The notes below the pieces were generated by a model. It did not search any database, was not told the origin of the DNA, and worked only from the letters and a program-made list of their open reading frames with translations. Position numbers and translations under genes: made by a program. A DNA stretch of 64,000 nt, taken from positions 5,184,001-5,248,000 of the forward strand of contig OY760175.1 in the NCBI GenBank assembly GCA_963663165.1, in the 5' to 3' direction. This DNA is from an uncultured Desulfospira sp. Lineage in GTDB: Bacteria > Desulfobacterota > Desulfobacteria > Desulfobacterales > Desulfobacteraceae. This document shows, piece by piece, positions 29,643-40,101 of the stretch (its first letter is position 1; every line of letters starts with the position of its first letter).

Positions 29643-32279
29643 GTGAAGAGAAAAAAAAAGAGGAAACCGTCGGCACCCCGCCCAAAGTCCAAAAGCCTTC
29701 CTTTTGACATGGAAGACGAGTTAAATCATGGCAAAACCTTGCAGCAGGCCGGCCGCCTGGCCGAGGCGCAAAACGTATATCAAAAAATTCTTGCCAGACA
29801 TCCGAATCACCTTGAAACCCTTCATCTTTCAGGGGTTATCGCTATTCAGACCGGCCAAAACGAGAAGGCCGTTAATCTGATTAAAGCCGCTCTGAGGGGG
29901 GCCCCGGGGAACCCGGTTCTTTATTCCAACCTGGGCAATGCCCTTAATGCCCTTGGCCAAAGGGCCGAGGCCATTGATGCCTACAAGAGGGCCATTCAAA
30001 GCAAACCGGATTTTGCCAGTGCCCACTATAATATGGCAACAGTGCTTCAGGCCTTGGGCAAAACATCAGACGCCATTCAAAGTTACCGGAACGCTTTGAA
30101 GTTTCAGCCGGATTTTGTTGATGCCCACAGCAATCTGGGCATTATTCTCCAGTCCCGGGGAGAATTTTCCAAAGCCGTTGACCAATACCGGGCCGCCTTG
30201 GCCGTTAACCCCTCCCACATACAGACGTTAAATAATTTAGGGGTTGCGCTTCAGAAACAAGGAGACCCGGACCAGGCGGTTGTCTGTCTGGAAAAAGCTT
30301 TAAACATTGCGCCGGATTTTGTTGATGCCCACTATAATATGGGCAATGCCCGGTACGCCATGGGCGATTTTGACGGTGCGGCAGCCGCCTTTCAAAAGGT
30401 GGTTGAGATCCAGCCGGGCCATGCCAATGCCATTTATAATATGGGAACGGTTTTTCAGGAAAAAAACCAACCGGATAAGGCTGTGGACTGCTTTAACAGG
30501 ACCATTGCCCTTCAGCCGGACCACTTTAACGCCCACAACAGCATGGGAAACATCATGATGGACTTGGGGCATCTCACCCAGGCGCTGTCCTGGTTTGAGC
30601 GGGCCGTTTCGTTGAACCCGGATTCCTCCGATGTCCATAATAATAAAGGAAATGCCCTGGAAAAAATGGGGGAACCGGATCAGGCCCTGATGGCCTTTCA
30701 GGAGGCGGTCCGGCTTAACCCTGAAAACGCCATCGCTTATGTCAATCGGGGCATCCTGCTCAAAGGCCGGGGAGAAGCTGATGCCGCTGTTGCCAACTTT
30801 GAAAAAGCCCTGGAAATAAATCCGGAAATGGGCGAGGCCCTGTCACAGCTTACCCACCAGTGCCAGCACCTCTGCGACTGGGAAAGGCTGGCCGTTTTAG
30901 GGCCGCGCCTCAATACACTGACCGCAAAAACCCTGGAACAGGGAAAAAGAACGGCGGAGTCACCGTTTTCCAGCCTGTCCCGCCATCCGGATCCGGCCTT
31001 GAACCAGGCCGTGGCCCGGTCCTGGAGCGACCACATTGTCCGGATGACAGCCAACCTTAATATAAAATTTGATCATCACGGTGGGCTTCATGATGCGGCC
31101 CCGGGCGGCCGCAGGCTGACCATCGGCTATCTGTCCAACAATTTCAGGGACCATCCCATGGCCCATATCATGCTCGGGCTTTTCCGTCTTCATAACCGGG
31201 ACAGGTTCAATGTCTTTTGCTATTCCTCGGGCCCGGATGACGGCAGTGTTTATCGAAAACAGATTGAAGCGGACTGTGACCGGTTCGTTGACCTTAAGGG
31301 GATGTCCACCCTTGATGCGGCCCAATGCATTTATAACGATCGGGTGGATATTCTGGTGGACCTGATGGGGCACACCAAAAACGACCGGCTGGATATCTGT
31401 TCTCTTCGCCCGGCCCCTGTTCAATCCCGGTACCTGGGCATGGCCGGCACCACCGGGGCTGATTTTTTTGATTATATTATTGCCGACCGCATCATCGTGC
31501 CTGAAACGGACCAGCCGTTTTACAATGAAACGCCGGTCTGGCTGCCCCATTGTTACCAGGTCAACGACCATCACCAGAAAATAGCCGATAAAAGATGGAA
31601 CCGGTCTGAATTCGGCCTGCCAGAGGGCTCCTTTGTCTTTTGTGCCTTTAACACTTCCTACAAGGTTGAGCCGGTGATGTTTGACAGCTGGATGCGGATT
31701 TTAGCACAACTTCCCGGGAGCGTTCTCTGGCTTCTGGGTAAAAACCAGACCATTGCAGATAATCTACGAAAAGAGGCCGGGAAAAGGGGGGTGCTGCCCG
31801 AACGGCTGTACTTTTCAGAAAAACTGCCCAAGGATCAGCACCTGGCCCGGATCAAGCTGGCAGATCTGGCCCTGGACACCCGGATTGTAGGCGGGGCCGC
31901 ATCCACCAGTGACGTTCTGTGGGCCGGTATCCCGGTAATCACCATGACCGGGACCCATTTTGCGTCCCGCATGTCCACCAGCATTTTAACTGCCATGGGC
32001 CTGCCTGAATTGATTGCAAAGGACATGGATGGCTACGAGGCACTGGCCCTGGAACTTGCCCAGAACCCGGGGCGGTTGGCGGAATTTAAAACCAGGATAG
32101 CCCAGACCCTCCGGACCGCGCCCCTGTTTGATACGCCAAGGTTTGTTCAAAATCTGGAAAGGGCTTATGAACAAATGTGGCAGGTGTATATCCAGAAATC
32201 GCCGGTCCGGCCCATTACCGTTACCGATCCCGTATTAAATGGAGACCGGAAACCGGAGACGGGAGACCGGACTGCGTAA
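29643..32279 (+). CDS. TPR-repeat O-GlcNAc transferase/SPINDLY-like glycosyltransferase (GT41)
   Basis: About 11 TPRs, then IGYLSNNFRDHP, DILVDLMGHT, RPAPVQ, FCAFNTSYK, ADLALDT and PLFDT. Confidence 0.9.
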   Translation: MKRKKKRKPSAPRPKSKSLPFDMEDELNHGKTLQQAGRLAEAQNVYQKILARHPNHLETLHLSGVIAIQTGQNEKAVNLIKAALRGAPGNPVLYSNLGNALNALGQRAEAIDAYKRAIQSKPDFASAHYNMATVLQALGKTSDAIQSYRNALKFQPDFVDAHSNLGIILQSRGEFSKAVDQYRAALAVNPSHIQTLNNLGVALQKQGDPDQAVVCLEKALNIAPDFVDAHYNMGNARYAMGDFDGAAAAFQKVVEIQPGHANAIYNMGTVFQEKNQPDKAVDCFNRTIALQPDHFNAHNSMGNIMMDLGHLTQALSWFERAVSLNPDSSDVHNNKGNALEKMGEPDQALMAFQEAVRLNPENAIAYVNRGILLKGRGEADAAVANFEKALEINPEMGEALSQLTHQCQHLCDWERLAVLGPRLNTLTAKTLEQGKRTAESPFSSLSRHPDPALNQAVARSWSDHIVRMTANLNIKFDHHGGLHDAAPGGRRLTIGYLSNNFRDHPMAHIMLGLFRLHNRDRFNVFCYSSGPDDGSVYRKQIEADCDRFVDLKGMSTLDAAQCIYNDRVDILVDLMGHTKNDRLDICSLRPAPVQSRYLGMAGTTGADFFDYIIADRIIVPETDQPFYNETPVWLPHCYQVNDHHQKIADKRWNRSEFGLPEGSFVFCAFNTSYKVEPVMFDSWMRILAQLPGSVLWLLGKNQTIADNLRKEAGKRGVLPERLYFSEKLPKDQHLARIKLADLALDTRIVGGAASTSDVLWAGIPVITMTGTHFASRMSTSILTAMGLPELIAKDMDGYEALALELAQNPGRLAEFKTRIAQTLRTAPLFDTPRFVQNLERAYEQMWQVYIQKSPVRPITVTDPVLNGDRKPETGDRTA

Positions 32280-32312
32280 ACCCGGGGGCACCGCGATTTC
32301 CGGTCTCCGTTT
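32241..32312. repeat. 7-bp-periodic hairpin repeat, GGAGACC family
   Basis: ggagacc ggaaacc ggagacg ggagacc gg ... ttccggtctcc; overlaps the GT41 gene 3' end. Confidence 0.7.
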
Positions 32313-32386
32313 TATGAATTTGTCAGCAAAGAATACACATTTTAGTTGACAAAGGGTCATGGGATATCTTAACGCTGTGGCAGACC

Positions 32387-34696
32387 ATGCTTACAAACAA
32401 TCCATGGAGCTGCCGCGTGAACCGATCCAGAACTGTCCAGCTGACGCAGGAAGACAGGCCTTTTTCCGGAATCCGGACTTTTTTTCATTCCATTCAGATC
32501 CGGTATAAGTTTCTGATCAGCTTTGCGGCGATTTTTTTTCTGTCCATGTTTTTGTGCAACCTGTTTATCTATGCCTATGTCCGGACCAATATCCAGGACC
32601 GGATTGAAAGCGAGCTGTCCAATACCACCCGGATGATTCATCATATGGTGAATGCCTCGGTGAATGTGTCCATTAAAAATCATCTTCGGGCCGTGGCGGA
32701 AAAGAACCTGGATATCCTGGCCGGGTTGTACAAAAAATCCCGTGCCGGTCTGATTTCAGAACAGGAGGCCCGGACCCGGGCGGCGGATGTGATTTTAAGC
32801 CAGACCATCGGCTCGTCCGGATACCTTTACTGCCTGGACAGCAAAGGCGATGTGACGGTCCATCCCAGTGCCGGACTGATCGGCACCAATGTGGCCGGCC
32901 ATGCCTTTGCCCGGCAGATGGTGAAAAAAAAAGACGGGTACCTGGAGTATGAGTGGAAAAATCCCGGCGAAGAAACCGCTCTGCCAAAGGCCCTTTATAT
33001 GTCTTATTTTGAACCCTGGGACTGGATCATCGCCATCAGCGCCTACCGGTCGGAATTCATCAAACTGGTCAATGTGGAGGATTTCAGGGAAAGCGTTTTG
33101 TCCTTGAAATTCGGGAAAACCGGATATGCCTTTGTCATTGACAAGGATGCCAATGCCATTATCCATCCGGCCCTTGAGGGGGTGAACATCTTTGAGGCCA
33201 AGGAACTGCCCAACCGGTACCTTGAAGATATGATGGCCCGAAAAAAAGGAAAAACCGTTTACTTCTGGAAAAATCCCGGGGAACCGGAGCCCCGGCTTAA
33301 ACTGGTGATGTTTGATTATATCCCCGAATATCAGTGGATTGTGGCATCCTCGTCTTACCTGGACGAACTTTATTCTCCTTTAAAAACCATCCGGAATGTG
33401 ATTGTGGGCATATCCTTGCTGTTTTTCGTCGTTATGCTGGCCGTGACCTTTGGGATCAGCCGGACCATCACCACACCGCTGCGCCAGTTGATGGCCAGGT
33501 TCAGTGCGGCCACGGCCGGGGATTATTCCACCCGGATGGAGAGTCGGTCAGGGGATGAGGTCGGCCAGCTTTCCCGGTATTTTAACCGGTTCATGGACCA
33601 GCTGGAAACCTCCCATCAAAGCCTTGAGGACCAGATGCGTGTCAGCCGGATGGCGGAGCAGGCCAGAAAGGAAAGCCAGGAGCGGTATTACCTGCTCATG
33701 GAAGCCGCGCCTGACCCCATTGTCAACTATGATATGGAAGGCCGGGTGATTTATATTAATCCGGCCTTTACCCGGGTGTTCGGCTGGAGCCTGGAGGAAT
33801 GCGCCGGCCATAAAATGGATCACTTTGTGCCCAACGCCTGCTGGCCGGAAACCAGGGCCATGATAGCCCAGGTCAATGCCGGGGACGGAATTTTTGATGT
33901 GGAGACCCGAAGATACACCAAAGACGGGCGGACTGTGGATGTCAGCATTTCAGGGGCATCGGCTTTTGACGGCAAAGGAAAGCTTGCCGGCAGCATTATC
34001 ATTCTCAGGGACATCACCCGGTCCAAGGGGCTGGAAAAACAGGTGATGCTGGCCGGAGACCGGGAACGGCTCAACATCGGCCAGGACCTTCATGATGACC
34101 TTTGCCCCCATCTTATCGGGGTTTCAGGCCTTGCGGCCGTTCTCAGGGATAACCTGAAAGGGCGGCAGGACCCCTCCTGCGATCTGGCGGTAAAAATCGG
34201 AGATCTCATGGAAGATGCCGTGGACAAGACCCGGCAGCTGGCCCGGGGACTTTGTCCGGTCCACCTGGTCAGCCAGGGGTTCCAGACCGCATTGGAAGAG
34301 ATTGCCGACCAGTTCTCTTATTTTCCGGGCATCCAGTTTGAATGCCACATGGACCCTGACACCGATATTCTGGAAAACACCTGTGCCATTCACCTTTACC
34401 ATATTGCCCGGGAAGCGGTGAACAATGCCGTTAAGCATTCAGGGGCCGGAACGGTAAATATTTTTCTGGAGCGGGAAACCTTAGCGGACGGCAGCGGCTT
34501 GATTCATTTAAGGGTCACCGATGACGGCAAAGGGATCGGGACATGCCGGTCCGGCCGGGGCATCGGCCTTCAGATCATGGAATACCGGGCAAAGATTATC
34601 GATGCCCAGTTCAATATTGATACCGGGGCCTGGGGAACACAGATTCACGTCAGCCTGAACCCGGTTCTCTGGGAAAAGGAGGCCATGCCGGCATGA
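32387..34696 (+). CDS. Cache-HAMP-PAS sensor histidine kinase (HisKA_3 type)
   Basis: Two Cache-like modules (YEWKNPGE / YFWKNPGE), HAMP GDEVGQL, PAS, IGQDLHDDL, EAVNNAVKHS, DDGKGI. Confidence 0.9.
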   Translation: MLTNNPWSCRVNRSRTVQLTQEDRPFSGIRTFFHSIQIRYKFLISFAAIFFLSMFLCNLFIYAYVRTNIQDRIESELSNTTRMIHHMVNASVNVSIKNHLRAVAEKNLDILAGLYKKSRAGLISEQEARTRAADVILSQTIGSSGYLYCLDSKGDVTVHPSAGLIGTNVAGHAFARQMVKKKDGYLEYEWKNPGEETALPKALYMSYFEPWDWIIAISAYRSEFIKLVNVEDFRESVLSLKFGKTGYAFVIDKDANAIIHPALEGVNIFEAKELPNRYLEDMMARKKGKTVYFWKNPGEPEPRLKLVMFDYIPEYQWIVASSSYLDELYSPLKTIRNVIVGISLLFFVVMLAVTFGISRTITTPLRQLMARFSAATAGDYSTRMESRSGDEVGQLSRYFNRFMDQLETSHQSLEDQMRVSRMAEQARKESQERYYLLMEAAPDPIVNYDMEGRVIYINPAFTRVFGWSLEECAGHKMDHFVPNACWPETRAMIAQVNAGDGIFDVETRRYTKDGRTVDVSISGASAFDGKGKLAGSIIILRDITRSKGLEKQVMLAGDRERLNIGQDLHDDLCPHLIGVSGLAAVLRDNLKGRQDPSCDLAVKIGDLMEDAVDKTRQLARGLCPVHLVSQGFQTALEEIADQFSYFPGIQFECHMDPDTDILENTCAIHLYHIAREAVNNAVKHSGAGTVNIFLERETLADGSGLIHLRVTDDGKGIGTCRSGRGIGLQIMEYRAKIIDAQFNIDTGAWGTQIHVSLNPVLWEKEAMPA

Positions 34697-35358
34697 ACCC
34701 GTTACCCCGCAAAGCCCGTATTGTTATTGTGGATGATCATCCCATCTTTTGCCTTGGCATGAGCGAGCTGATCAACCGGGAGCCGGATCTCACGGTGGCG
34801 GCCTGCCCGGAAACGGCGGATGAGGCTTTAAAGATTGTTCGAGAGGATATGCCGGATTTGATGATCGTGGACATTTCCCTTGCCGAGAGCAACGGGATCG
34901 ACCTGGTGGAAGACCTTCGCCGGGATTATCCGGAACTGCCCGTACTGGTCCTGTCCATGTATGATGATGCCATGTATGCCGAAAGGGCGTTGATGGCGGG
35001 CGCCCGGGGATACGTGATGAAACAGCGGGCCATCGCCCAGGTGGTGGAGGCTGTCCGCCGGGTGCTTTCAGGCCATATCTATGCCAGCGACAAGATCAAG
35101 GACCGGATGCTCAACCATATGATCGCCAGCAAATCATCCGGGAGCGGCTTCAGCCTGGATGCTTTGACCAACCGGGAACTTGAGGTTTTCCGTCTCATGG
35201 GAGAGGGGCTGGATTCAAAAGAGATTGCCGCAAGGCTGAACCTGAGCATGAAAACCGTGGGCACCCACCGGGAAAAAATAAAAGAAAAACTGGAACTCAA
35301 ACATTATACGGAACTGGTTAAGGCGGCCGTACACTGGGTCCACCAAATGAAAAAATAA
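34693..35358 (+). CDS. NarL/LuxR-family response regulator
   Basis: IVDDHP, VDISL, GARGYVMK, LTNRELEV HTH. Confidence 0.95.
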   Translation: MNPLPRKARIVIVDDHPIFCLGMSELINREPDLTVAACPETADEALKIVREDMPDLMIVDISLAESNGIDLVEDLRRDYPELPVLVLSMYDDAMYAERALMAGARGYVMKQRAIAQVVEAVRRVLSGHIYASDKIKDRMLNHMIASKSSGSGFSLDALTNRELEVFRLMGEGLDSKEIAARLNLSMKTVGTHREKIKEKLELKHYTELVKAAVHWVHQMKK

Positions 35359-35370
35359 CTCAATAAGGGA

Positions 35371-36672
35371 ATGGGTGGCTCTGTTTGTACGCCTTTTCCA
35401 GGAGACTGCATAATCGTGACGGAAATACAAAACCAAAGCAAATCCGGCTATTATTCATGGCTGATCGTTTTATCCGCTTTTTTTTATTGCATCATCTGGT
35501 CAGGTCTCAGTTATTACGTGTTTAGCGTGTTTGTTAAACCACTGCAAGCGGAGTTTGGCTGGGAGCGGTCGGCCATTATGGCGGGTTTTTTAGCCTGGTC
35601 ATTAACCAATGGCATAGCCAGCATATTTGTCGGCAGAGCCGTTGACCGGTTTCACCCCAAAAGGGTTATGATGGCTGGGGCTGGTATTACCTGTATTGGT
35701 TTCATCGCACTCAGTTGCGTTCAATCCATATTTCATTTTTATCTTGGCTATATCATTGTGGGCATCGGGATAGCCTCCACAGGGCAGGTGCCCTGCAGCA
35801 CCCTGATATCGGAATGGTTTGAAAATAAAAGAGGACTGGCCATCGGATTCATGTCCGTTGGGGTGGGGGTCGGCGGGCTGATTGCACCGGCATTGGCCGG
35901 CGGTTACCTGATACCGGTATTCGGGTGGCGGACGGCCTACCTGATTCTGGGCATTATCGCATTTGTCATCCTTTTCCCCATAGCGTTATTGGTCATCAAA
36001 CCCAAGGCCGGCAAACAGGCCCTTTGTTCGACTGCCCAGAAGAATAAACATGCCGTTTCCAAGCCTGAAACACAGGACCGGAAGTCTAAAAACCGGTACC
36101 TGTTCTCACCGCTGCTCTGGCTGATCGCCCTCTCATTTCTCGTCAGTCAGTTCGGGCTGACAGGCACATTGCAAAATCAGGTCCCCCACATGATAGATAT
36201 CGGCTTTTCACCAATTGTTGCCTCCTCCATACTGGGAATGATCGGTTTGTTCAGCTCGTTGGGGAAGTTGTTTTTCGGATGGTTGTGTGATTTTATCCAA
36301 GTCAGATATGCGTTCATGATCACCGTGCTGCTTGAGGCAGTCGGAACAGCCATACTTTTATCGCTGACGCCGGATACGCCCTTTGCCGTTATGTGGATTT
36401 ATGCGTTTTCCATTGGGATTGGCGGGGGCACCTGGCTGCCCATCATGTCCATGTATATCAGCCGGGGGTTTCCGATTCAATATTATGGAACCCTTTTTGG
36501 ATTTGTTAATTTTTGTTTTTGTATCGGGGTCGCTTTTGGACCTGTTTTTGCCGGCGCCCTCTTTGATCATTATGGAAATTACCATATGGCATTTAAAATC
36601 TTTTTAGGCGGCTACGCATTGGCCGTCATCATGGGTTTTTTCTCAAAACCGGACAAAAAAGAAGCCGCGTAA
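35371..36672 (+). CDS. MFS transporter (monocarboxylate/OFA-like)
   Basis: About 12 TM segments; GRAVDRF, WFENKRGLAIG, GWLCD. Confidence 0.88.
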   Translation: MGGSVCTPFPGDCIIVTEIQNQSKSGYYSWLIVLSAFFYCIIWSGLSYYVFSVFVKPLQAEFGWERSAIMAGFLAWSLTNGIASIFVGRAVDRFHPKRVMMAGAGITCIGFIALSCVQSIFHFYLGYIIVGIGIASTGQVPCSTLISEWFENKRGLAIGFMSVGVGVGGLIAPALAGGYLIPVFGWRTAYLILGIIAFVILFPIALLVIKPKAGKQALCSTAQKNKHAVSKPETQDRKSKNRYLFSPLLWLIALSFLVSQFGLTGTLQNQVPHMIDIGFSPIVASSILGMIGLFSSLGKLFFGWLCDFIQVRYAFMITVLLEAVGTAILLSLTPDTPFAVMWIYAFSIGIGGGTWLPIMSMYISRGFPIQYYGTLFGFVNFCFCIGVAFGPVFAGALFDHYGNYHMAFKIFLGGYALAVIMGFFSKPDKKEAA

Positions 36673-36835
36673 CTGCCTTCATCCTTAACTTGTAGGGTAA
36701 AAACCTATGGGGGGTCAGTCCTGCGGCTATAAGAATATGAGGCGGTTGCCGATTGAATCTTTATCTTGCGGGTTGGCAAGGATAGCCAGGTCACTTCGTC
36801 CTAAAAAAATCACTTTTAACAAGGAGGATTCAGCC

Positions 36836-38446
36836 ATGTCAGACAAAATCGTTAATTACGATCTTCTCAGCCCCACTAACTTTTTGGCCCGGAGTGTGGA
36901 AGTGTTTCCCGACAAGACCGCCATCATCTACGGGGAAAAATCCTTTACCTGGGTACAGTTCCAGGAACGGGTGTTCCGTCTGGCCAATGCCCTGAAGGCC
37001 AAGGGGATCGGCCCCGGGGACAAGGTGGCGTTTATCTGTCCGAATATTCCGCCCATGCTGGAGGCCCATTATGCAGTGCCCCTGCTCGGGGCGGCCCTGG
37101 TATCCATCAATATCCGGCTGTCCGCCGGTGAGATTGCCTATATTATCAACCATTCCGATGCCAGGGTCGTGGTCGCTGACAACGAATTCGGCAAGGTAGT
37201 GGCCGGGGTGGCCGGTGAACTTTCTGCCGTGGAAACCTTTGTGAACGTCTGCGACATTGACGATTCCATGCCCCTGGACGGTCCCGAGTATGAAAGTTTT
37301 CTGGCAGACAGTTCGACCGAACCGGTTTCGCTGGCCATTACGGATGAACGGGATATTCTTTCCATTAATTATACCTCGGGCACTACGGGCCGGCCCAAAG
37401 GGGTCATGTACCACCACCGGGGAGGGTATCTGAACGCCATAGGGGAAATTTTAGAGTTTAAGGTCACCGATACGAGCAGGTACCTGTGGACCCTGCCCAT
37501 GTTCCATTGCAATGGATGGTGCTTTACCTGGGGGCTTACGGCCATGGGCGCCACCCATGTCTGTTTAAGAAAGGTGGAACCCGCTGAAATTTACCGGACC
37601 ATTGAAGACGTCGGCATCACCCATCTGTGTGCCGCGCCCACCATCCTGATCGGCATGTCTGCCTTTGCCAAGGAAAACCAGGTTAAGCTTTCCCATGGCC
37701 TGGAGATCATGACCGCCGGGGCCCCGCCGGCCCCCATGGTAATCCAGAACATGGAAAGCATTGGCGCCAACATCACCCAGACCTATGGCCTTACCGAGGT
37801 TTTCGGCCCCCATTCCGTATGCCAGTGGCAGGAGAAATGGAATGATCTGGAACCCATGGCCAAGGCCGGGCTCAAGGCCCGCCAGGGGGTTGCCTTTATT
37901 GTGGCCGAGCATATGGATGTGGTGGACCCCATGACCATGGAACCGGTGCCCAGGGACGGTAAAACCATGGGGGAAATCGTCATGCGGGGAAACAATGTCA
38001 TGCTCGGGTATTATAAGGATGAGGCCGCCACCGCAGAGGCTTTCAGAGGTGGCTGGTTCCATTCCGGGGACCTGGCCGTGATGCATCCGGACAACTATGC
38101 CCAGATCATGGACCGGAAAAAGGACATTATCATTTCCGGCGGTGAAAACATTTCAACCGTTGAGATTGAAAATGTGCTTTACAATCATCCCGATGTCCTG
38201 GAAGTGGCCGTTGTCCCGGTCCCGGATGAAAAGTGGGGAGAAGTTCCCAAGGCCTTTATTGTGCCGCGGGCCGATTCAAACCCTGATCCCGGGGAACTGA
38301 TCGCATTCTGCAAGGAAAAACTGGCCCGGTTTAAGGCGCCCAAACATATCGAGTTTGGGCCGCTGCCCAAAACCGCAACGGGAAAAATTCAGAAATTCAA
38401 GCTTCGGGAAAAGGAGTGGAAAGGGCGCGACCGCATGGTTAATTAG
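36836..38446 (+). CDS. Acyl-CoA synthetase (AMP-forming, short/medium-chain acid)
   Basis: YTSGTTGRPKG, LPMFHCNGW, YGLTE, GWFHSGD, LPKTATGK. Start at ATG 36836 after AAGGAGG. Confidence 0.92.
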   Translation: MSDKIVNYDLLSPTNFLARSVEVFPDKTAIIYGEKSFTWVQFQERVFRLANALKAKGIGPGDKVAFICPNIPPMLEAHYAVPLLGAALVSINIRLSAGEIAYIINHSDARVVVADNEFGKVVAGVAGELSAVETFVNVCDIDDSMPLDGPEYESFLADSSTEPVSLAITDERDILSINYTSGTTGRPKGVMYHHRGGYLNAIGEILEFKVTDTSRYLWTLPMFHCNGWCFTWGLTAMGATHVCLRKVEPAEIYRTIEDVGITHLCAAPTILIGMSAFAKENQVKLSHGLEIMTAGAPPAPMVIQNMESIGANITQTYGLTEVFGPHSVCQWQEKWNDLEPMAKAGLKARQGVAFIVAEHMDVVDPMTMEPVPRDGKTMGEIVMRGNNVMLGYYKDEAATAEAFRGGWFHSGDLAVMHPDNYAQIMDRKKDIIISGGENISTVEIENVLYNHPDVLEVAVVPVPDEKWGEVPKAFIVPRADSNPDPGELIAFCKEKLARFKAPKHIEFGPLPKTATGKIQKFKLREKEWKGRDRMVN

Positions 38447-38672
38447 CGGGAAAATTATGAAGAAAATGTGTTAAAATTATCGGAAACTTGAACTTTATTT
38501 TTGATGTTGGGATAATTGCCGCCATCAGGAAGATAATGAAATTGAGACCGGCAACACAAGGGGTATTGCCGGCGGGTTGCTCGAAAACATGATGATTTCC
38601 GGCCACCTCATTTTTTTAATTTCCGATCAAGGGTTGCCGGGCACAAAGCGGCCCTGAAAAAAGGGGGCAACA

Positions 38673-39137
38673 ATGAACATCCAGGGAATAGGGCAGGTAT
38701 TTACGGCTTACCAGCCGGAGTCTGTTTCCAGCGACACCCAGTCATTGGAATATGATGTCCAAAGCATCATATCTGAAGAAGACAGCAATGGTGACGGTTT
38801 TCTGACCATTGATGAAACAGTCCTTTCTGAAGATATGTTTTCCGATTTTGATGCCGATGGCGACGGACTTCTCACGGCCGAAGAAATTGAGGCCATGGAA
38901 CCGCCTGCCCAGCCGCCGGAAGGCGGCGATATGGTGCCTGGTGAGGAGGATGATTCAGCATATGATACCCTGATCAGCGCATTGGAATCCTCAGAGCAGA
39001 CCGGTCGGGAAAATGAGCAGAACCTGTTACAGACCATGGCCATGAGAGCCTACCAGGATACCCTGGCTCAAGCCATGAACTTTGAAAATGAATATGACAC
39101 AACCGGCCAGAGCGAGTTACTTCAAATCTTAGCTTAG
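38673..39137 (+). CDS. Acidic EF-hand protein
   Basis: Two EF-hand loops, DSNGDGFLTIDE and DADGDGLLTAEE. Confidence 0.8.
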   Translation: MNIQGIGQVFTAYQPESVSSDTQSLEYDVQSIISEEDSNGDGFLTIDETVLSEDMFSDFDADGDGLLTAEEIEAMEPPAQPPEGGDMVPGEEDDSAYDTLISALESSEQTGRENEQNLLQTMAMRAYQDTLAQAMNFENEYDTTGQSELLQILA

Positions 39138-39174
39138 CGCCGTTTTTCCCCTCGAAGCGATTCCCTCCTCCCTG

Positions 39175-39206
39175 AAGGGGCGGTTAATTAACTTAACCGC
39201 TCCTTT
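39175..39206 (+). terminator. Intrinsic terminator-like hairpin
   Basis: AAGGGGCGGTTAA-ttaac-TTAACCGCTCCTT. Confidence 0.55.
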
Positions 39207-39291
39207 CCTCGCCTTTCCCTGATCTGGTTTTTATGGTAATTTTTTTCTTTACGCCACTCGAAATTACATATGAAACTCAACAGGATGAGAC

Positions 39292-39990
39292 ATGATGAAA
39301 AAAAGGTACAAAAGAATTCTTTATAGATATATTTTACCTTACGCCGGGGTTTTTCTGGTCAGGCTGCTGTCAGCCACATACCGGGTCAGAATCCTTGACC
39401 CGGAAAATGAATTTCAATTTATCCAAAGGAAAAAAGGCCTGGTCTATGCTTCATGGCATCAGCGGTTTTTTCCAGGGATCACCTTTTTTTCTTTCCGCCG
39501 GCCCATTGCCATTATCATTTCCCAGAGCCGGGACGGGGAGATGGCGGCCCGGGCCGTGGAGGTTCTTGGCTGGAAAGCCATCCGGGGCTCTTCTACCCGC
39601 GGGGGAAGACAGGCCCTGGAAGAAATTAAGGCCCTTGGCCGGTCAGGGTACAAGGTCGGCCATATAGTAGACGGCCCCCAGGGCCCTTTTGGGAAGGTCA
39701 AGCCCGGGATTGTCCGGATTGCCCAGTATGCCGGCCTGCCAATTGTGCCGACCATTACCTCCGGCCAGAACCGCTGGGTGTTCAATTCCTGGGACCGGTT
39801 TATGATTCCCAAACCTTTTTCCCGGGTGATCATCCGGTTTGGGGAACCGGTCTGGGTGCCTGAAGACCTAACCCCGGAAGAATTTGCGGCGGTTCAGGCG
39901 GATCTGGAACAAAGACTGGCCAGGATTTACGAGGACACAGACCGGATCTGGGAAGACCCGGATCGGGCCGGGCTGGTTTTTCATAAATGA
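39292..39990 (+). CDS. DUF374 / lysophospholipid acyltransferase-like protein
   Basis: ASWHQR, ISQSRDGE, IRGSSTRGG, VDGPQGP, SWDRFMIPKPF. Confidence 0.85.
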   Translation: MMKKRYKRILYRYILPYAGVFLVRLLSATYRVRILDPENEFQFIQRKKGLVYASWHQRFFPGITFFSFRRPIAIIISQSRDGEMAARAVEVLGWKAIRGSSTRGGRQALEEIKALGRSGYKVGHIVDGPQGPFGKVKPGIVRIAQYAGLPIVPTITSGQNRWVFNSWDRFMIPKPFSRVIIRFGEPVWVPEDLTPEEFAAVQADLEQRLARIYEDTDRIWEDPDRAGLVFHK

Positions 39991-39991
39991 T

Positions 39992-40020
39992 TTGACAAAA
40001 TCCGTATTAATACGTATGGT
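39992..40020 (+). promoter_or_regulatory. Sigma-70 promoter with palindrome in spacer
   Basis: TTGACA-N17-TATGGT; CGTATTAATACG palindrome at 40003-40014. Confidence 0.6.
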
Positions 40021-40101
40021 TTATAGTTAAAAGGGATATTGGATCCTTAAAGCAAAAACAAACAACCGCCCAAATGCCCTGCGGGGCGTCATGAGGGAAA
40101 A

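Noticed and set aside
36685..36790. Possible c-di-GMP-I riboswitch before the acyl-CoA synthetase
   Set aside because: Hairpins and GGTTGCCG are present, but the GGYAAAC, GNRA and GCAAA core elements are missing.
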